A stretch of DNA of 64,000 nucleotides from Bacilli bacterium (GCA_017409905.1 JAFQRV010000022.1:4383-68382); one strand, 5' to 3'. Counted from the first letter of the stretch, positions 17,681-28,260 are shown. The notes: a model not told the origin generated them from the sequence alone. Translations and numbers: made by a program.

Positions 17681-18307
17681 TTACTCTTCTTTCTTCTTAG
17701 AAATCTTATTATCCATTTTTTCAAATAACCAAGATATCTTTTTATATACAAGATATGTTACTAAAGAAACGACTACAGATAACATTAAATTAAATGGTAT
17801 ACAACCAAATATAATATATTTAGATATATAGTTTTCTTCAGTAACTCCTGGAATTACTGTTAACATTTTTAATACTGTGTCAATTCCAAATTGTACTGAA
17901 TATGCTGGTATTGCGTATACCGCATTTAATAAGGCTGCTACTAAAATCCATGTAAGACTACCAAATACTAAAGCAATAATAGCACCTTTTTTATTATTTT
18001 TAAACATATAAATTAAAGATGTTACAAGTACAACACATAAACCAATAATTAAATCAACTATTTCACCAACACCAGCAGTACTAGTAGTTAGAAGTTTAAA
18101 TAAAAATTTAATTACGACAATTAATACTCCCCCAAATGGTCCTAACGCAAATGATCCAATAATAGTTGGTAACATTGAAAATTGTACACTTAACATCCCT
18201 GGAAAAAATGGTAATTTAAATTTTGGAAAATTATATAAAATTATCGCAAGTGCTGATAATAAACTTACTTGAACTATCCAAGATACATTATATTTATATT
18301 TTTTCAT
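17681..18307 (-). CDS. ribU: ECF-transporter S component, probable riboflavin transporter RibU
   Basis: The start is set at MKKYKYN (ATG at 18307, RBS GGAGGT 4-9 nt upstream). The track ORF start at 18373 would read through the riboswitch terminator. The protein has six TM helices, resembles RibU/ECF-S proteins, and sits directly behind an FMN riboswitch. Confidence 0.75.
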   Translation of the reverse strand: MKKYKYNVSWIVQVSLLSALAIILYNFPKFKLPFFPGMLSVQFSMLPTIIGSFALGPFGGVLIVVIKFLFKLLTTSTAGVGEIVDLIIGLCVVLVTSLIYMFKNNKKGAIIALVFGSLTWILVAALLNAVYAIPAYSVQFGIDTVLKMLTVIPGVTEENYISKYIIFGCIPFNLMLSVVVSLVTYLVYKKISWLFEKMDNKISKKKEE

Positions 18308-18320
18308 AATACCTCCGATT

Positions 18321-18485
18321 AAAAAAAGTCGCCAAAAAAGGGCGACTAAAAAGAAAGGATTTTCTTCTTTCATCTAGACTTTAACTATCGGTTGAGGAAA
18401 TTAGCCCCATCAAATCTTTAAGGATTAAGATTTCGCAGACTTTACTGCCGGTCAGGAATTACACCTTGCCCTGAAGAATTCTTAT
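18321..18485 (-). promoter_or_regulatory. FMN riboswitch (RFN element) with a terminator expression platform
   Basis: The minus strand reads UUCUUCAGGGCAAGGUGUAAUUCCUGACCGGCAGUAAAGUCUGCGA ... CCGAUAGUUAAAGUCUAGAUGAAAGAAGA. That gives the conserved RFN cores and a P1 pairing of UCUUC with GAAGA. The hairpin AGUCGCCC-UUUUUU-GGCGACU plus U7 follows at 18347-18321. Confidence 0.9.
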
Positions 18486-18543
18486 TTATTATATTATTTT
18501 TTTTAATAATAGTCAATCTATTATTTTATGAAAACGTTATAGC

Positions 18544-19956
18544 TTATTCAATACCATAGAACTTTTTAATATCACTTATCGCAAGTTCAGCTAACACTGT
18601 CATACCTGCTGCACTTGGGTGAACGTTATCCCCTAAGAAGTTCCAATTATCTTTTTGTTCAGTTGCACTTGACCAAGCATTTTCAAAATGAATTACTGGA
18701 ATATTATTCTTTTCCGCAAGTTCTACTATCGCATTATTATATTCAATTCTGATTGGTTCACGACCTTCTAAAGTTACATAAGGTAATGTACACATGAAAA
18801 TTTGTGTACCTGAATACATTCTATTGATCTTATCAATCATCTTTTGATATTCTTCGACAAAATATTTTGATGTATAAGCACCACTATCATTTATCCCTAA
18901 ATAGATAATAATAATATCAGGACTTACCCCACCAACATTAAACTTCGATAATCTTTCTGTTGTAACAGCAGCACCCATACCACTACCAATAACAGTACCA
19001 CCAGAATATGAATTATTTACTAAAATATTTCCACCTAATGCTTTAACAGTTTTATACCACCAAGTTTGTGTAGCACTTTTTACTGTTGTACTATATCTAG
19101 GATAGTAGAACTGATCAGTTCCTTGGAAAATACTATTATAACTTGAGCCTTGAGAATAGAATGTTGAAATACTATCACCTAAAATACCGAAGTTAGCATT
19201 TTCCATTGTAGCTTCAACCCATTTTGCATATATTTCAATATCCCCAAAAGTTGTTGTTTTAATAGAACCAATGGCTTCACTACATTCTTCATCTAAATAC
19301 CAACCTCTAAAGAAGTATCCATCTTTAACTGGTTTAGGGAATACTTGTGCTGTACCTTCAGTATAAGTTGTTTTAATACCTTCTGGTAATGTACCACCAT
19401 TTGTGTTATAAGTAATATTACAAACAATTGTTGCTTTTTGCCAACTTGCGTATACTTTATAATCTCCTGTTGTACTTTCAGTAATACCTGTTACTGGTTC
19501 ACTTGTTTCATATTCTTTCCAACCTTTAAAATTATGACCGGCTTTACGCGGAATTGGGAATTCATAAGTTTCTCCTGAAGTATATGTATATTTTACTTCT
19601 TCTGTAAATACACCATCATTTAAAACATATTCAATACTATAAGTTACACCCTCAACAAATTCTTTCCACTTTGCATTTAAAGTAATATTAGAAGTTACCC
19701 CTTTTAAAGATGTCACATCATTACCATCTTTATCTTGCCAACTTACAAATACATAACCTTCTTTTGAAGGAATCGGTAATTCTACTTTTGATCCATCAGT
19801 AAATTCTTTTACCGCATCAGTTGGTAAAGTTCCTCCATCTAAGTTATAAGTAATCTTATAACCTTTTGTAGTAGTTCCCCCACCAAAATTCATTTCACAT
19901 GATGCTAAACTCATAACCCCTAGAATCATTAAAAATAAAGCTATAATTCTTTTCAT
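18544..19956 (-). CDS. Surface lipoprotein: three Listeria-Bacteroides (Flg_new) repeats plus a C-terminal SGNH/GDSL hydrolase domain
   Basis: The lipobox is MKRIIALFLMILGVMSLASC. Start 19956 is preferred (RBS GGAG 6 nt upstream); the track start is 19968. The repeats are YKITYNLDGGTL, YSIEYVLNDGVF and CNITYNTNGGTL. The SGNH blocks are GILGDSIS, GINDS and DNVHPS. Confidence 0.8.
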   Translation of the reverse strand: MKRIIALFLMILGVMSLASCEMNFGGGTTTKGYKITYNLDGGTLPTDAVKEFTDGSKVELPIPSKEGYVFVSWQDKDGNDVTSLKGVTSNITLNAKWKEFVEGVTYSIEYVLNDGVFTEEVKYTYTSGETYEFPIPRKAGHNFKGWKEYETSEPVTGITESTTGDYKVYASWQKATIVCNITYNTNGGTLPEGIKTTYTEGTAQVFPKPVKDGYFFRGWYLDEECSEAIGSIKTTTFGDIEIYAKWVEATMENANFGILGDSISTFYSQGSSYNSIFQGTDQFYYPRYSTTVKSATQTWWYKTVKALGGNILVNNSYSGGTVIGSGMGAAVTTERLSKFNVGGVSPDIIIIYLGINDSGAYTSKYFVEEYQKMIDKINRMYSGTQIFMCTLPYVTLEGREPIRIEYNNAIVELAEKNNIPVIHFENAWSSATEQKDNWNFLGDNVHPSAAGMTVLAELAISDIKKFYGIE

Positions 19957-20151
19957 ACTCTTCTCCATTATTTATTTTTTGTTTTTTTTGGTATTTGTTC
20001 TTTTGAAATTTCCATTTTTAAACTAGGTTCTAATTCTGTATCTTTAATAAAAGTTTGTTTTACTCCTCTTAGACCCTGTTTAATCTTTGGTTTTTTATTA
20101 TTCATTTAATCACCCATAATAGTTTATGAGTTATTTATTAAATAAATACAA

Positions 20152-20925
20152 TTAGTTTTTAACCTTTTCTTTTATTAATTGATAGTTATAACCTTTACTT
20201 AGTAAATAATTTACTATCTTATTATAATCATCTGTTTTCTTTTTAATCTTTTCTAAATCTTTTTCAAAACTAATTGTTAAATCTTCTGTATAACTAATAC
20301 TATCTAATACCTTATTAATAGTACTAATACTTATACCCCTTCTTGCCATTTTTTCGCTTATTTTCAGCTTTTGAATTCTTATTGGATAATTTTCCAAATC
20401 CTTTTGAATCTTTTGATATTGAAGAGTTAATCCCTCTAATAATTGATTCTCATCAAAGGTTTCTAATATTTCGCTAATAATCTCACTACTAACCCCTAAA
20501 CGATTAAGATGATTACTAAAGTATCTTCTTCCTCTTTTTTTATTTAGACAATCTTCTAAGAAATGTTTAGCATATTCTAAGTCATCTATATAGTGATGTT
20601 TAATTAATTTATCAATTACTAAGAACTTTTCATTATCTTCTAAATCACTTTTACTTAAAAAATCATAGATTTCTTTTTTAGTTCTTAATTTATAAGAAAT
20701 ATGGACTAATGCTTTATGATACCAAAGATTAAACTTTGAATCTTTTTTAATCTTTTCAATTTCATCTAGAGTAAATCTTCTATTTACACTAATAGCATAA
20801 TCAACCATTTGATCTTCTATTAAACTTAATTCGTCTTCATTATCTAATAAAATATAATATAAACTTCTTTTTTTAGTAATCTTCTTAATACCAATTGGTT
20901 TATCACTATTCTTCAAAGGAGTCAT
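20152..20925 (-). CDS. recX: Recombination regulator RecX
   Basis: About 257 aa from MTPLKN. Three helical repeats end in KGYNYQLIKEKV, and the N-terminal ITKKRSLYYILLDNEDELSLIED is typical of Firmicute RecX. The track start at 20988 lies deep inside the upstream gene. Confidence 0.7.
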   Translation of the reverse strand: MTPLKNSDKPIGIKKITKKRSLYYILLDNEDELSLIEDQMVDYAISVNRRFTLDEIEKIKKDSKFNLWYHKALVHISYKLRTKKEIYDFLSKSDLEDNEKFLVIDKLIKHHYIDDLEYAKHFLEDCLNKKRGRRYFSNHLNRLGVSSEIISEILETFDENQLLEGLTLQYQKIQKDLENYPIRIQKLKISEKMARRGISISTINKVLDSISYTEDLTISFEKDLEKIKKKTDDYNKIVNYLLSKGYNYQLIKEKVKN

Positions 20926-21820
20926 AGCTAAAACCTTCACCATGAACTTCGGAAGCCCTAGTAGCATAAATAAAAGCTGATGGATCAATATTTTGAATAA
21001 TATCTTTTAAAACATAATATTCTCTAGATGATAACACACAAACTAACATTCTTCTAGTTTCTCCAGTGTAACCACCAACTGCATTAATTTCTGTAACTCC
21101 CCGACTTAATTTTTCTAAAACATATTTTTTTACTTCATCTGGATTTTTAGTAATAATATACATTGATCGAACATTAAATCCACTAAAGACAATAGAATCC
21201 ATTACAAACCCTGATACTAATATCATTACTAAAGCATATAAAATATTTTCAATAAAAGCTGTACCAGTATCATTATGTAAAAGAAGTGATCCAATTAAAA
21301 CAATTGTTCCATCAATAAAAATTAAACTCTTACCATATGGAATTTTTAAATACTTATAACAAATAGCTTGTAAAATATCTATACCACCAGTAGAAGCACC
21401 TGCTTTTAACGCAAGACCTAATCCTGCTCCCATTAAAACAGCACTAAAGAAGACAACTAAAAAACCATTACTATTAAATATTTCTATTGATGTTTTTACA
21501 ACTTCTGTTGTCAATCCAAACTCCATTAACCAAGCATATACAAATCCTGCTATTGAACAATAAATTGTTTTTAGGAAAAACTCTTTACTAACAAATAACC
21601 AAGCCAGGATTAAAAAGAAAATATTTAACGCTAATAATACATATGATGCTCTTTCAAAATTAGGGAATAAACCACTAAAAATTATCGAAATCCCTTGTAC
21701 TCCCCCATATACTGCATTATTTGGATTCATTACAAAAACAAATCCAATTGAAGATAAAATTACTCCAATATTTAAACTAATAAAATCTTTAATCTTTCTT
21801 TTTTTACTTTGTTTATTCAT
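20906..21820 (-). CDS. YitT family membrane protein (with a DUF2179 C-terminal domain)
   Basis: 304 aa, polytopic, with GASTGGIDIL. The soluble C-terminal domain reads GVTEINAVGGYTGETRRMLVCVLSSREYYVLKDII. Confidence 0.8.
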   Translation of the reverse strand: MNKQSKKRKIKDFISLNIGVILSSIGFVFVMNPNNAVYGGVQGISIIFSGLFPNFERASYVLLALNIFFLILAWLFVSKEFFLKTIYCSIAGFVYAWLMEFGLTTEVVKTSIEIFNSNGFLVVFFSAVLMGAGLGLALKAGASTGGIDILQAICYKYLKIPYGKSLIFIDGTIVLIGSLLLHNDTGTAFIENILYALVMILVSGFVMDSIVFSGFNVRSMYIITKNPDEVKKYVLEKLSRGVTEINAVGGYTGETRRMLVCVLSSREYYVLKDIIQNIDPSAFIYATRASEVHGEGFSYDSFEE

Positions 21821-22913
21821 TATTTACTACCTGCGCTTTATATTTTAAATAGGAATTAATAAAACCCATTATATCACCATCTAAAACTTTTGTTGGATTA
21901 GCAGATTCATAATTTGTTCGGTGATCTTTTACTAAAGAATAGGGATGCAATACATAACTGCGAATTTGACTACCAAAAGCATTATCTGTAACACTACCAT
22001 ATTCTGCTAATTTTTCTTTCTCTTTTTCTTTTTCATATTCATAAAGTTTCGCAATTAATATCTTCATGGCTCTTTCTCTATTTTGAATTTGGCTTCTTTC
22101 ATTTTGACAAGATACAACAATATTAGTTGGAATATGCGTAATTCTAACAGCTGAATCAGTTGTATTAACATATTGTCCACCAGCTCCACTAGAACGATAA
22201 GTATCAATTCTTAAATCTTCATTATTAATTTCAATACCAATTTCACTATCAACTTCTGGAGTAATATTAACTCCCGCAAAACTCGTATGTCTTCTGGCGT
22301 TTGAATCAAATGGAGAAATGCGGACTAATCGGTGAACTCCTTTTTCCGCTTTTAAATAGCCATATGCATAATTACCCTCTACTAAACAAGTAACACTTTT
22401 AATTCCTGCATCAATTGCATCTTGATAATCAATTACACTAAATTTAAAACCCTTAATTTCCACAAATCTTTTATACATCCGAAATAACATTAAAGCCCAG
22501 TCTTGTGATTCAGTTCCACCAGCACCAGGATGGATTTCTAAAATAGCATTATTTTGATCATATTCACCATTTAATAGTAACAATTCTTCAAAATCATTTA
22601 ATTTAGTTTGAATACTATCTATTAAACTTGGACACTCACTATATAGTTCTTCATCATTTAATTCAATTATGGTTGTTAATTCATCAACCATTTTTTTTAT
22701 TTCTTCATAATTGTTTAATTTATTTTTCTTATTATTTAAATTATTAATTAGAGCTTCTGCATACTTAACATTATTCCAAAAACCATCTTGTTGCATTTCA
22801 ACTTCTAGTTTAGAAACTTCTTCTTTTAATACTTTAATATTTAAAACTTTTGATAATTCACTACATCTTGTTTCAAAGTCTTCATGATATTTAAGTATTT
22901 CAAACTTTTCCAT
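21813..22913 (-). CDS. prfB: Peptide chain release factor 2, encoded as a single uninterrupted ORF
   Basis: 366 aa with the SPF tripeptide (RISPFDS) and the GGQ motif (SGAGGQYVN). It lies directly after secA, as in many Firmicutes. Confidence 0.9.
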   Translation of the reverse strand: MEKFEILKYHEDFETRCSELSKVLNIKVLKEEVSKLEVEMQQDGFWNNVKYAEALINNLNNKKNKLNNYEEIKKMVDELTTIIELNDEELYSECPSLIDSIQTKLNDFEELLLLNGEYDQNNAILEIHPGAGGTESQDWALMLFRMYKRFVEIKGFKFSVIDYQDAIDAGIKSVTCLVEGNYAYGYLKAEKGVHRLVRISPFDSNARRHTSFAGVNITPEVDSEIGIEINNEDLRIDTYRSSGAGGQYVNTTDSAVRITHIPTNIVVSCQNERSQIQNRERAMKILIAKLYEYEKEKEKEKLAEYGSVTDNAFGSQIRSYVLHPYSLVKDHRTNYESANPTKVLDGDIMGFINSYLKYKAQVVNNE

Positions 22914-22937
22914 GCTTACCTCCTTTTAATAATAAAG

Positions 22938-22963
22938 TAGACCAAACATTATTGTTTGGTCTA
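22938..22963 (-). terminator. Hairpin between secA and prfB (weak terminator or attenuator)
   Basis: The stem-loop TAGACCAAACA-ATAA-TGTTTGGTCTA is followed by CUUUAUUAUU on the minus strand. The prfB RBS AGGAGG lies immediately downstream. Confidence 0.45.
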
Positions 22964-22971
22964 ACTAGTGG

Positions 22972-25485
22972 TTACTTACCACAACAATTTTTATATTTCT
23001 TTCCACTTCCACAAGGACATGGATCATTACGACCAGGTTTTTTATTAACTGTTACTGGTTTCTTTTTAACTACTTCATCGCTTCCCCCACTAGTTCCTGT
23101 AGGTTTAGCAACTTGTTCTCTTTCTAAATTATCTCTGATTAGAGCTCTATTGATATTTAATGAAACATTATCTTCTATCTTACAAATCATTTCATCAAAC
23201 ATTTGGAAACCAATTTCACGATATTCACGTAATGGATTTTGTTGAGAATAAGATTTTAATCCAATACTTTGTCTTAATCCACTCATCGCATCAATATGAT
23301 TCATCCAATAACTATCAACAACTCTTAATAAAATAACTTTTAAGAATTCACGATACATTTCAATTGAAATTGCATCTTTCTTTTCTTCTAAATTACTTAA
23401 GAACTTATCTAAAACTTTTTGTTTTGCCTCTTCAACTGTTAAACCATTAAATTCATCTTCTTCAAAACTACCATGATTAAAAAATACTGGTAAGAATTCT
23501 TTTTCAAAACGATTAGCATCAATTACTTGATTCTTACTTTCCATTTGAACATAACTTGGAACATGTCTGTTAGTAACTGAAGTCATCATTTTAATAATAA
23601 CTGGTTCCATATCATCAATTGATAAAATATCGTTTCTTTGTTTATAAATAACTTCTCTTTGTAATCTTAAAACTTCATCGTATTCTACAACACTCTTACG
23701 TCTATCGTAGTTTGAACCTTCTACTCTTTTTTGAGCACTTTCAATGAAATTAGTCATAATTTTCATTGTTAAAGGTAATTCATTACCTTCTTCATCAACT
23801 TCACCTGATGTTCCTAAACGAACAATTGTTTTAAATCTATCACTTCCGAATCTTACTAATAAATCATCTTCACATGATAAATAGAAACAACTATATCCTG
23901 GGTCACCTTGACGTCCACTACGACCTCTTAACTGATTATCAATACGACGTGATTCATGTCTTTCTGTACCAATAACTGCAAGTCCACCAAGTTCAACAAC
24001 TCCTGGAGCAAGTTTAATATCGGTACCACGACCAGCCATATTAGTTGCGATTGTAACAGCACCAATTTCACCAGCATGTGCTACAATTTCAGCTTCTCTT
24101 TCATGTTGTTTAGCATTTAAAACTTTATGAGGGATTCCTCTTTTTCTTAATAATTCTGATAATAATTCACTTGTTTCAATTGAGATAGTACCAACAAGAA
24201 CTGGTTGACCTTTTTGATGTCTTTCAGCAATATCTTTTGCGAGTGCATTATATTTTCCTTTCATTGTTTGGAAAATCTTATCATTATCATCAATTCTAAT
24301 AACTGGAACATTTGTTGGAATTTCCACAACAAACATATTATAAATATTTCTAAATTCTTCTTCTTCCGTTTTCGCAGTACCTGTCATACCAGCAAGTTTA
24401 TCATATAAACGGAAATAATTTTGGAATGTAATAGTAGCTAATGTTCTTGTTTCTTTTTTAATTTCTACTCTTTCTTTAGCTTCTAATGCTTGATGTAAAC
24501 CTTCACTAAATTGTCTACCATGCATTAAACGACCAGTAAATGAGTCAACAATAATAACTGTATTATCTTGAACTACATAATCTACATCTCTATCCATTGC
24601 ATAATTAGCTTTTAAAGCATTATTAATATGATGAACTAAATTTACATATTGAATATCATATAAATTATCTACTCTAAAATACTTTTCTGCTCTTTCCATC
24701 CCTTTTTCAGTTAAAGTTACATGTTTACTCTTAACATCTATTTCATATTCATCATCTCTTAGGCTTCTTGCGAAAGTATTAGCTGATTCATAAAGGTTTG
24801 CACCTCTCTTTTCTCCACCACTAATAATTAAAGGAGTTCTCGCTTCATCAATTAAGATTGAGTCAACTTCATCGACAATCGCAAAGTTTAATTCTCTTTG
24901 AACCATATCTTCTAATCTAATAACCATATGGTCTCTTAGATAGTCAAATCCTAATTCATTATTTGTTGAATAAGTAATATCACATAAATAAGCTTCTTTC
25001 TTTTGTTCTTTTGTTAATTCTCTTAAATTAAGACCAACAGTCAAACCTAAGAAAGTATGTACTTGTCCCATTTCATTAGCATCACGAGAAGCTAAGTATT
25101 CATTTACTGTAACAATATGAACACCTTTACCTTCTAATGCATTTAAATATGCCACTAAAACAGAAGTTAAAGTTTTACCTTCACCTGTTTTCATTTCCGC
25201 AATATTCCCATAATGCATTGTTGCGGCACCAATAATTTGAACTTTAAAAGCTAATAAACCTAATACACGATATGCTGCTTCACGTGAGGTAGCGAAAGCT
25301 TCTACTAAAATATCGTCTAAAGTTTCACCATTTTTTAAACGTTCTTTGAACCAAACGGTTTTTGCTTTTAATTCTTCATCTGATAATCCACGATACTCTT
25401 GTTCTAATGCGATAACTTTATCCGCAAGCTTTTCACATTTTTTCAGTTCTTTGTACCCTGAATCAAACCATTTTTTAAAACACAT
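22972..25485 (-). CDS. secA: Preprotein translocase ATPase SecA
   Basis: 837 aa with the motor motif [27 protein letters not shown], and the C-terminal zinc finger [14 protein letters not shown]. Confidence 0.95.
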   Translation of the reverse strand: MCFKKWFDSGYKELKKCEKLADKVIALEQEYRGLSDEELKAKTVWFKERLKNGETLDDILVEAFATSREAAYRVLGLLAFKVQIIGAATMHYGNIAEMKTGEGKTLTSVLVAYLNALEGKGVHIVTVNEYLASRDANEMGQVHTFLGLTVGLNLRELTKEQKKEAYLCDITYSTNNELGFDYLRDHMVIRLEDMVQRELNFAIVDEVDSILIDEARTPLIISGGEKRGANLYESANTFARSLRDDEYEIDVKSKHVTLTEKGMERAEKYFRVDNLYDIQYVNLVHHINNALKANYAMDRDVDYVVQDNTVIIVDSFTGRLMHGRQFSEGLHQALEAKERVEIKKETRTLATITFQNYFRLYDKLAGMTGTAKTEEEEFRNIYNMFVVEIPTNVPVIRIDDNDKIFQTMKGKYNALAKDIAERHQKGQPVLVGTISIETSELLSELLRKRGIPHKVLNAKQHEREAEIVAHAGEIGAVTIATNMAGRGTDIKLAPGVVELGGLAVIGTERHESRRIDNQLRGRSGRQGDPGYSCFYLSCEDDLLVRFGSDRFKTIVRLGTSGEVDEEGNELPLTMKIMTNFIESAQKRVEGSNYDRRKSVVEYDEVLRLQREVIYKQRNDILSIDDMEPVIIKMMTSVTNRHVPSYVQMESKNQVIDANRFEKEFLPVFFNHGSFEEDEFNGLTVEEAKQKVLDKFLSNLEEKKDAISIEMYREFLKVILLRVVDSYWMNHIDAMSGLRQSIGLKSYSQQNPLREYREIGFQMFDEMICKIEDNVSLNINRALIRDNLEREQVAKPTGTSGGSDEVVKKKPVTVNKKPGRNDPCPCGSGKKYKNCCGK

Positions 25486-25552
25486 ACTAATTACCTCTTT
25501 CTTATATATATGATACCACTTTCTTTATTTTTTATCAAGCAATTAAAGTCTT

Positions 25553-25577
25553 AAAAAAATTAAGCCCGAAGGCTTAA
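25553..25577 (-). terminator. Rho-independent terminator after hpf
   Basis: The minus strand reads UUAAGCC-UUCG-GGCUUAA followed by U7. It starts 4 nt after the hpf stop. Confidence 0.7.
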
Positions 25578-25580
25578 TTA

Positions 25581-26117
25581 TTATTTACTTCTAATAACAG
25601 CGTAATTACCGTCATTTCTTAGATAAATTGTAGTAGGTTTGTGATCATCCTCATTAATAAACATATAGAAATCATGATCTAATAATTCTAATTGTGTAAT
25701 CGCTTCGTCTACAGACATTACTGGAAGTGATACAACTTTTTCTTTAACAACTTTTCTTTCTTCAACTTCTTGTTCTTCAACTAAATCACCAAAGTAATTT
25801 CCAACACCTTCACGTTTACGAATAATGGAATTAATCTTTTTCTTATGTCTAATTAATTGTTTTTCTAATTTTTCAACAGCAATGTCAACAGCTTTAAACA
25901 TATCATCAGCTTGACTTTCTGCTCTCATAATGAGGTATTTTGTTGGAATAGTAACCTCTACTGTCTTGGTATCACCATACTCTTTGCAGACAACATTAGC
26001 AGTTACATTCTCAGCCATACGGAACATTTTTTCAATAGGCTCAAGTTGTTCTTCGATGTAACTCTTCAAAGCTGGCTTCACCACAAATTTGTTCTTTCCA
26101 TGAATGTTAATAATCAT
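25581..26117 (-). CDS. hpf: Ribosome hibernation promoting factor, long form
   Basis: 178 aa. The N-terminal YfiA/HPF fold begins MIINIHGKN, and the C-terminal dimerisation domain contains MSVDEAITQLELLDHDFYMF. RBS GGAGG is present. Confidence 0.9.
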   Translation of the reverse strand: MIINIHGKNKFVVKPALKSYIEEQLEPIEKMFRMAENVTANVVCKEYGDTKTVEVTIPTKYLIMRAESQADDMFKAVDIAVEKLEKQLIRHKKKINSIIRKREGVGNYFGDLVEEQEVEERKVVKEKVVSLPVMSVDEAITQLELLDHDFYMFINEDDHKPTTIYLRNDGNYAVIRSK

Positions 26118-26540
26118 ATTTAATACCTCCGTTTTAACATTTTGTAAATATTATCTATTTACACTTATATTATACCATAAATATATGAATATAAGTCAAG
26201 ATTTTTTTAAAATTCTAGTGAATTTTTTTAAAAATTATGACAATTATTAATTTATGTAAATCTAATATATTATCATCTAAACTATATAATTCATCTAAAT
26301 AATCATAAATTAATAATATTCCCCTCACTACTGAACAATATTTTATTAAACAATTAATTTGTGAAAAATTAATATAATCAACTATTAATACCTTAACATA
26401 ACCTATATAAATAATATCAAAAGAATATTCAACTTTAAGTTTAAATAGATTTAAAATATTTCGCATAAGTTATTTTAACACATCTTTTTTATTATCTTAA
26501 ATTATTATCTTAAATATCTAAATTATGCTTTTTTTCGAAA

Positions 26541-26570
26541 AGAAAAAATGTTAGCATTATCTGCTAACAT
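26541..26570 (-). terminator. Rho-independent terminator after rpiB
   Basis: A perfect 9-bp stem, ATGTTAGCA/TGCTAACAT, encloses the rpiB stop codon. UUUUUUCUUUUC follows on the minus strand. Confidence 0.65.
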
Positions 26571-26991
26571 CAATTTCATTTATTTTATTTACTCTTCTTT
26601 CATGTCTTCCATAAGTAAATTCAGTAGTTAAGAATTTTTCCACAATTTCAATTGCTAAATCAACAGGTGTATTTTTAGCGCTTAAACATAAAACATTTGC
26701 GTTATTATGTTCTCTTGTAAGAATAGCATCTTCTACTTTACCCACAAGGGCTGCTCTTACGCCTTTAAACTTATTAGCTGCCATACTCATCCCAATACCA
26801 GTATAACATACTAAAATCCCCACAACATCTTCTTTGACTTCTTTACATACTTTTACCGCATAATCTGGATAATCTACAGAATCCATACCAAATGGGCCAC
26901 AATTAACTACTTCATATTTATCATTTAAGTATTTAACAATTTCTTCCTTTAATAAATATCCTGCATGATCAGAACCAATATATATTTTCAT
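26557..26991 (-). CDS. rpiB: Ribose-5-phosphate isomerase B (RpiB/LacAB family)
   Basis: 144 aa with MKIYIGSDHAGYLLKEEI and CYTGIGMSMAANKFKGVRAAL. Confidence 0.9.
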   Translation of the reverse strand: MKIYIGSDHAGYLLKEEIVKYLNDKYEVVNCGPFGMDSVDYPDYAVKVCKEVKEDVVGILVCYTGIGMSMAANKFKGVRAALVGKVEDAILTREHNNANVLCLSAKNTPVDLAIEIVEKFLTTEFTYGRHERRVNKINEIDVSR

Positions 26992-27015
26992 ATTCTACTC
27001 CTTTTGTCATTTTTT

Positions 27016-27044
27016 AAAAAAAGGAGATATTTTTCAATATCTCC
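27016..27044 (-). terminator. Rho-independent terminator after ftsZ
   Basis: The minus strand reads GGAGAUAU-UGAAAA-AUAUCUCC followed by U7. It lies 55 nt after the ftsZ stop and only about 22 nt before the rpiB ATG. Confidence 0.65.
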
Positions 27045-27098
27045 ACTGTGTCGAATTATAAGATTTGACAAAATTCTTATTAATTAGAGCGTTTGAAA

Positions 27099-28220
27099 TT
27101 ATTTAAAACGATCAATTAACCATTTAGGCATTTGTTCTCTTATTTGTTCTTTTTCTGTATTTCTTTCAGGTTCTGTTGGAGTTGGTGAAACAGTTTCTCC
27201 ACCGCCAAGTCCAACGACATCTACATCTTTGTTTTCTTCAATAACACGTTGTTGTCTTTCTCTTGCTGTTTGGTCAAAACCTGTTGCGATAACAGTAACA
27301 ACAATAGCATCATCTAAACCTGTATTAAATCCAGTACCGAAGATAACGTTAATTTCTGTAGTTGATGCATTTTTAATTTCATCAACAATATCGTTTACTT
27401 CCTTCATCTTAATTTCTGTATCACTTGTAATTTGCACAATTGCGTCTGTTGCACCATTAATATCAATTTCTAATAGTGGACTACAAATTGCATGTCTTGC
27501 AGCTTCAATTGCACGATTTGGACCAGTTGCCATACCAATACCCATTAAAGCAGTACCACTATCTTTTAAGACATGACGTACGTCAGCAAAGTCAACGTTA
27601 ATCATTGAAGGTAAAGTAATAATTTCAGAGATACCTTGAACAGCTCTTCTTAAAACATTATCAGCTTCACGAACTGCTTCTAAATAAGTAACATCTGGTC
27701 CACCTTCTAATAATTTATCATTTGGAATAATTACTAATGAGTCAACATATGGACGAATCTTTTCGATACCAGATAATGCATCTTTCATTCTCTTATTACC
27801 TTCAAAAGTAAAAGGTTTTGTAACTACAGCAATTACTAAACTACCCATTTCTCTTGCGATTCTAGCAACCACATGAGCAGCACCAGTACCAGTTCCACCA
27901 CCCATACCAGCAGTAATAAAAATCATATCTGCATCTTTTAATACTTCTCTAATTTCTTCTTCAGATTCTTCGGCAGCTCTTTGACCAATTTCCGGTTCGG
28001 CACCTGCACCCCAACCTTTAGTTATTTGACGACCAATTTGAATTTTTGTAGCCGCTCTTGACATTTTTAATGCTTGACAGTCTGTATTTATCGCAACAAA
28101 GTCAACACCCGCAACGTCATTTAGGATCATACGATTAACCGCATTACATCCACCGCCACCTACGCCAACAACTTTAATTACCGGACTAGAACTTAACATA
28201 TCTGTTCTTACATTGTTCAT
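27099..28220 (-). CDS. ftsZ: Cell division protein FtsZ
   Basis: 373 aa with the tubulin signature GGGTGTGA and the N-terminal VVGVGGGGCNAVNRM. The C-terminal peptide is MPKWLIDRFK. Confidence 0.95.
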   Translation of the reverse strand: MNNVRTDMLSSSPVIKVVGVGGGGCNAVNRMILNDVAGVDFVAINTDCQALKMSRAATKIQIGRQITKGWGAGAEPEIGQRAAEESEEEIREVLKDADMIFITAGMGGGTGTGAAHVVARIAREMGSLVIAVVTKPFTFEGNKRMKDALSGIEKIRPYVDSLVIIPNDKLLEGGPDVTYLEAVREADNVLRRAVQGISEIITLPSMINVDFADVRHVLKDSGTALMGIGMATGPNRAIEAARHAICSPLLEIDINGATDAIVQITSDTEIKMKEVNDIVDEIKNASTTEINVIFGTGFNTGLDDAIVVTVIATGFDQTARERQQRVIEENKDVDVVGLGGGETVSPTPTEPERNTEKEQIREQMPKWLIDRFK

Positions 28221-28260
28221 ATGTACCTCCTATTAAAATTTTTACTATTTTAGTAATTGT

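Noticed and set aside
18308-18373. N-terminal 22-codon extension of the ribU ORF as drawn in the ORF track
   Set aside because: The extension would be translated from the FMN riboswitch terminator hairpin. The downstream ATG at 18307 has a proper GGAGGT RBS.
20926-20988. Upstream start of the recX ORF as drawn in the ORF track
   Set aside because: It would overlap the YitT-family gene by 83 nt. RecX similarity begins after the internal Met at 20925.
21813-22913. Looked for the programmed +1 frameshift site usually found early in prfB
   Set aside because: RF2 is encoded here as one continuous 366-aa ORF containing both the SPF and GGQ motifs. A minority of bacteria lack the frameshift, so this is ordinary. 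The presence of RF2 also argues against UGA reassignment.
26215-26466. 83-aa minus-strand ORF in the hpf-rpiB intergenic region
   Set aside because: It has no Shine-Dalgarno sequence before its ATG, an Ile/Leu/Tyr/Asp-rich composition like random AT-rich translation, and no recognisable motif. The region more likely holds the hpf promoter (TTGACT ... TGgTATAAT at about 26199-26169, although the 19-nt spacer is long).
27229-27576. 115-aa plus-strand ORF antisense to ftsZ. Similar antisense ORFs occur at 22952-23245, 44865-45179 and 55445-55798, with many inside the giant gene.
   Set aside because: All lie fully inside confidently assigned genes on the other strand. They have biased, repetitive composition and no translation signals.
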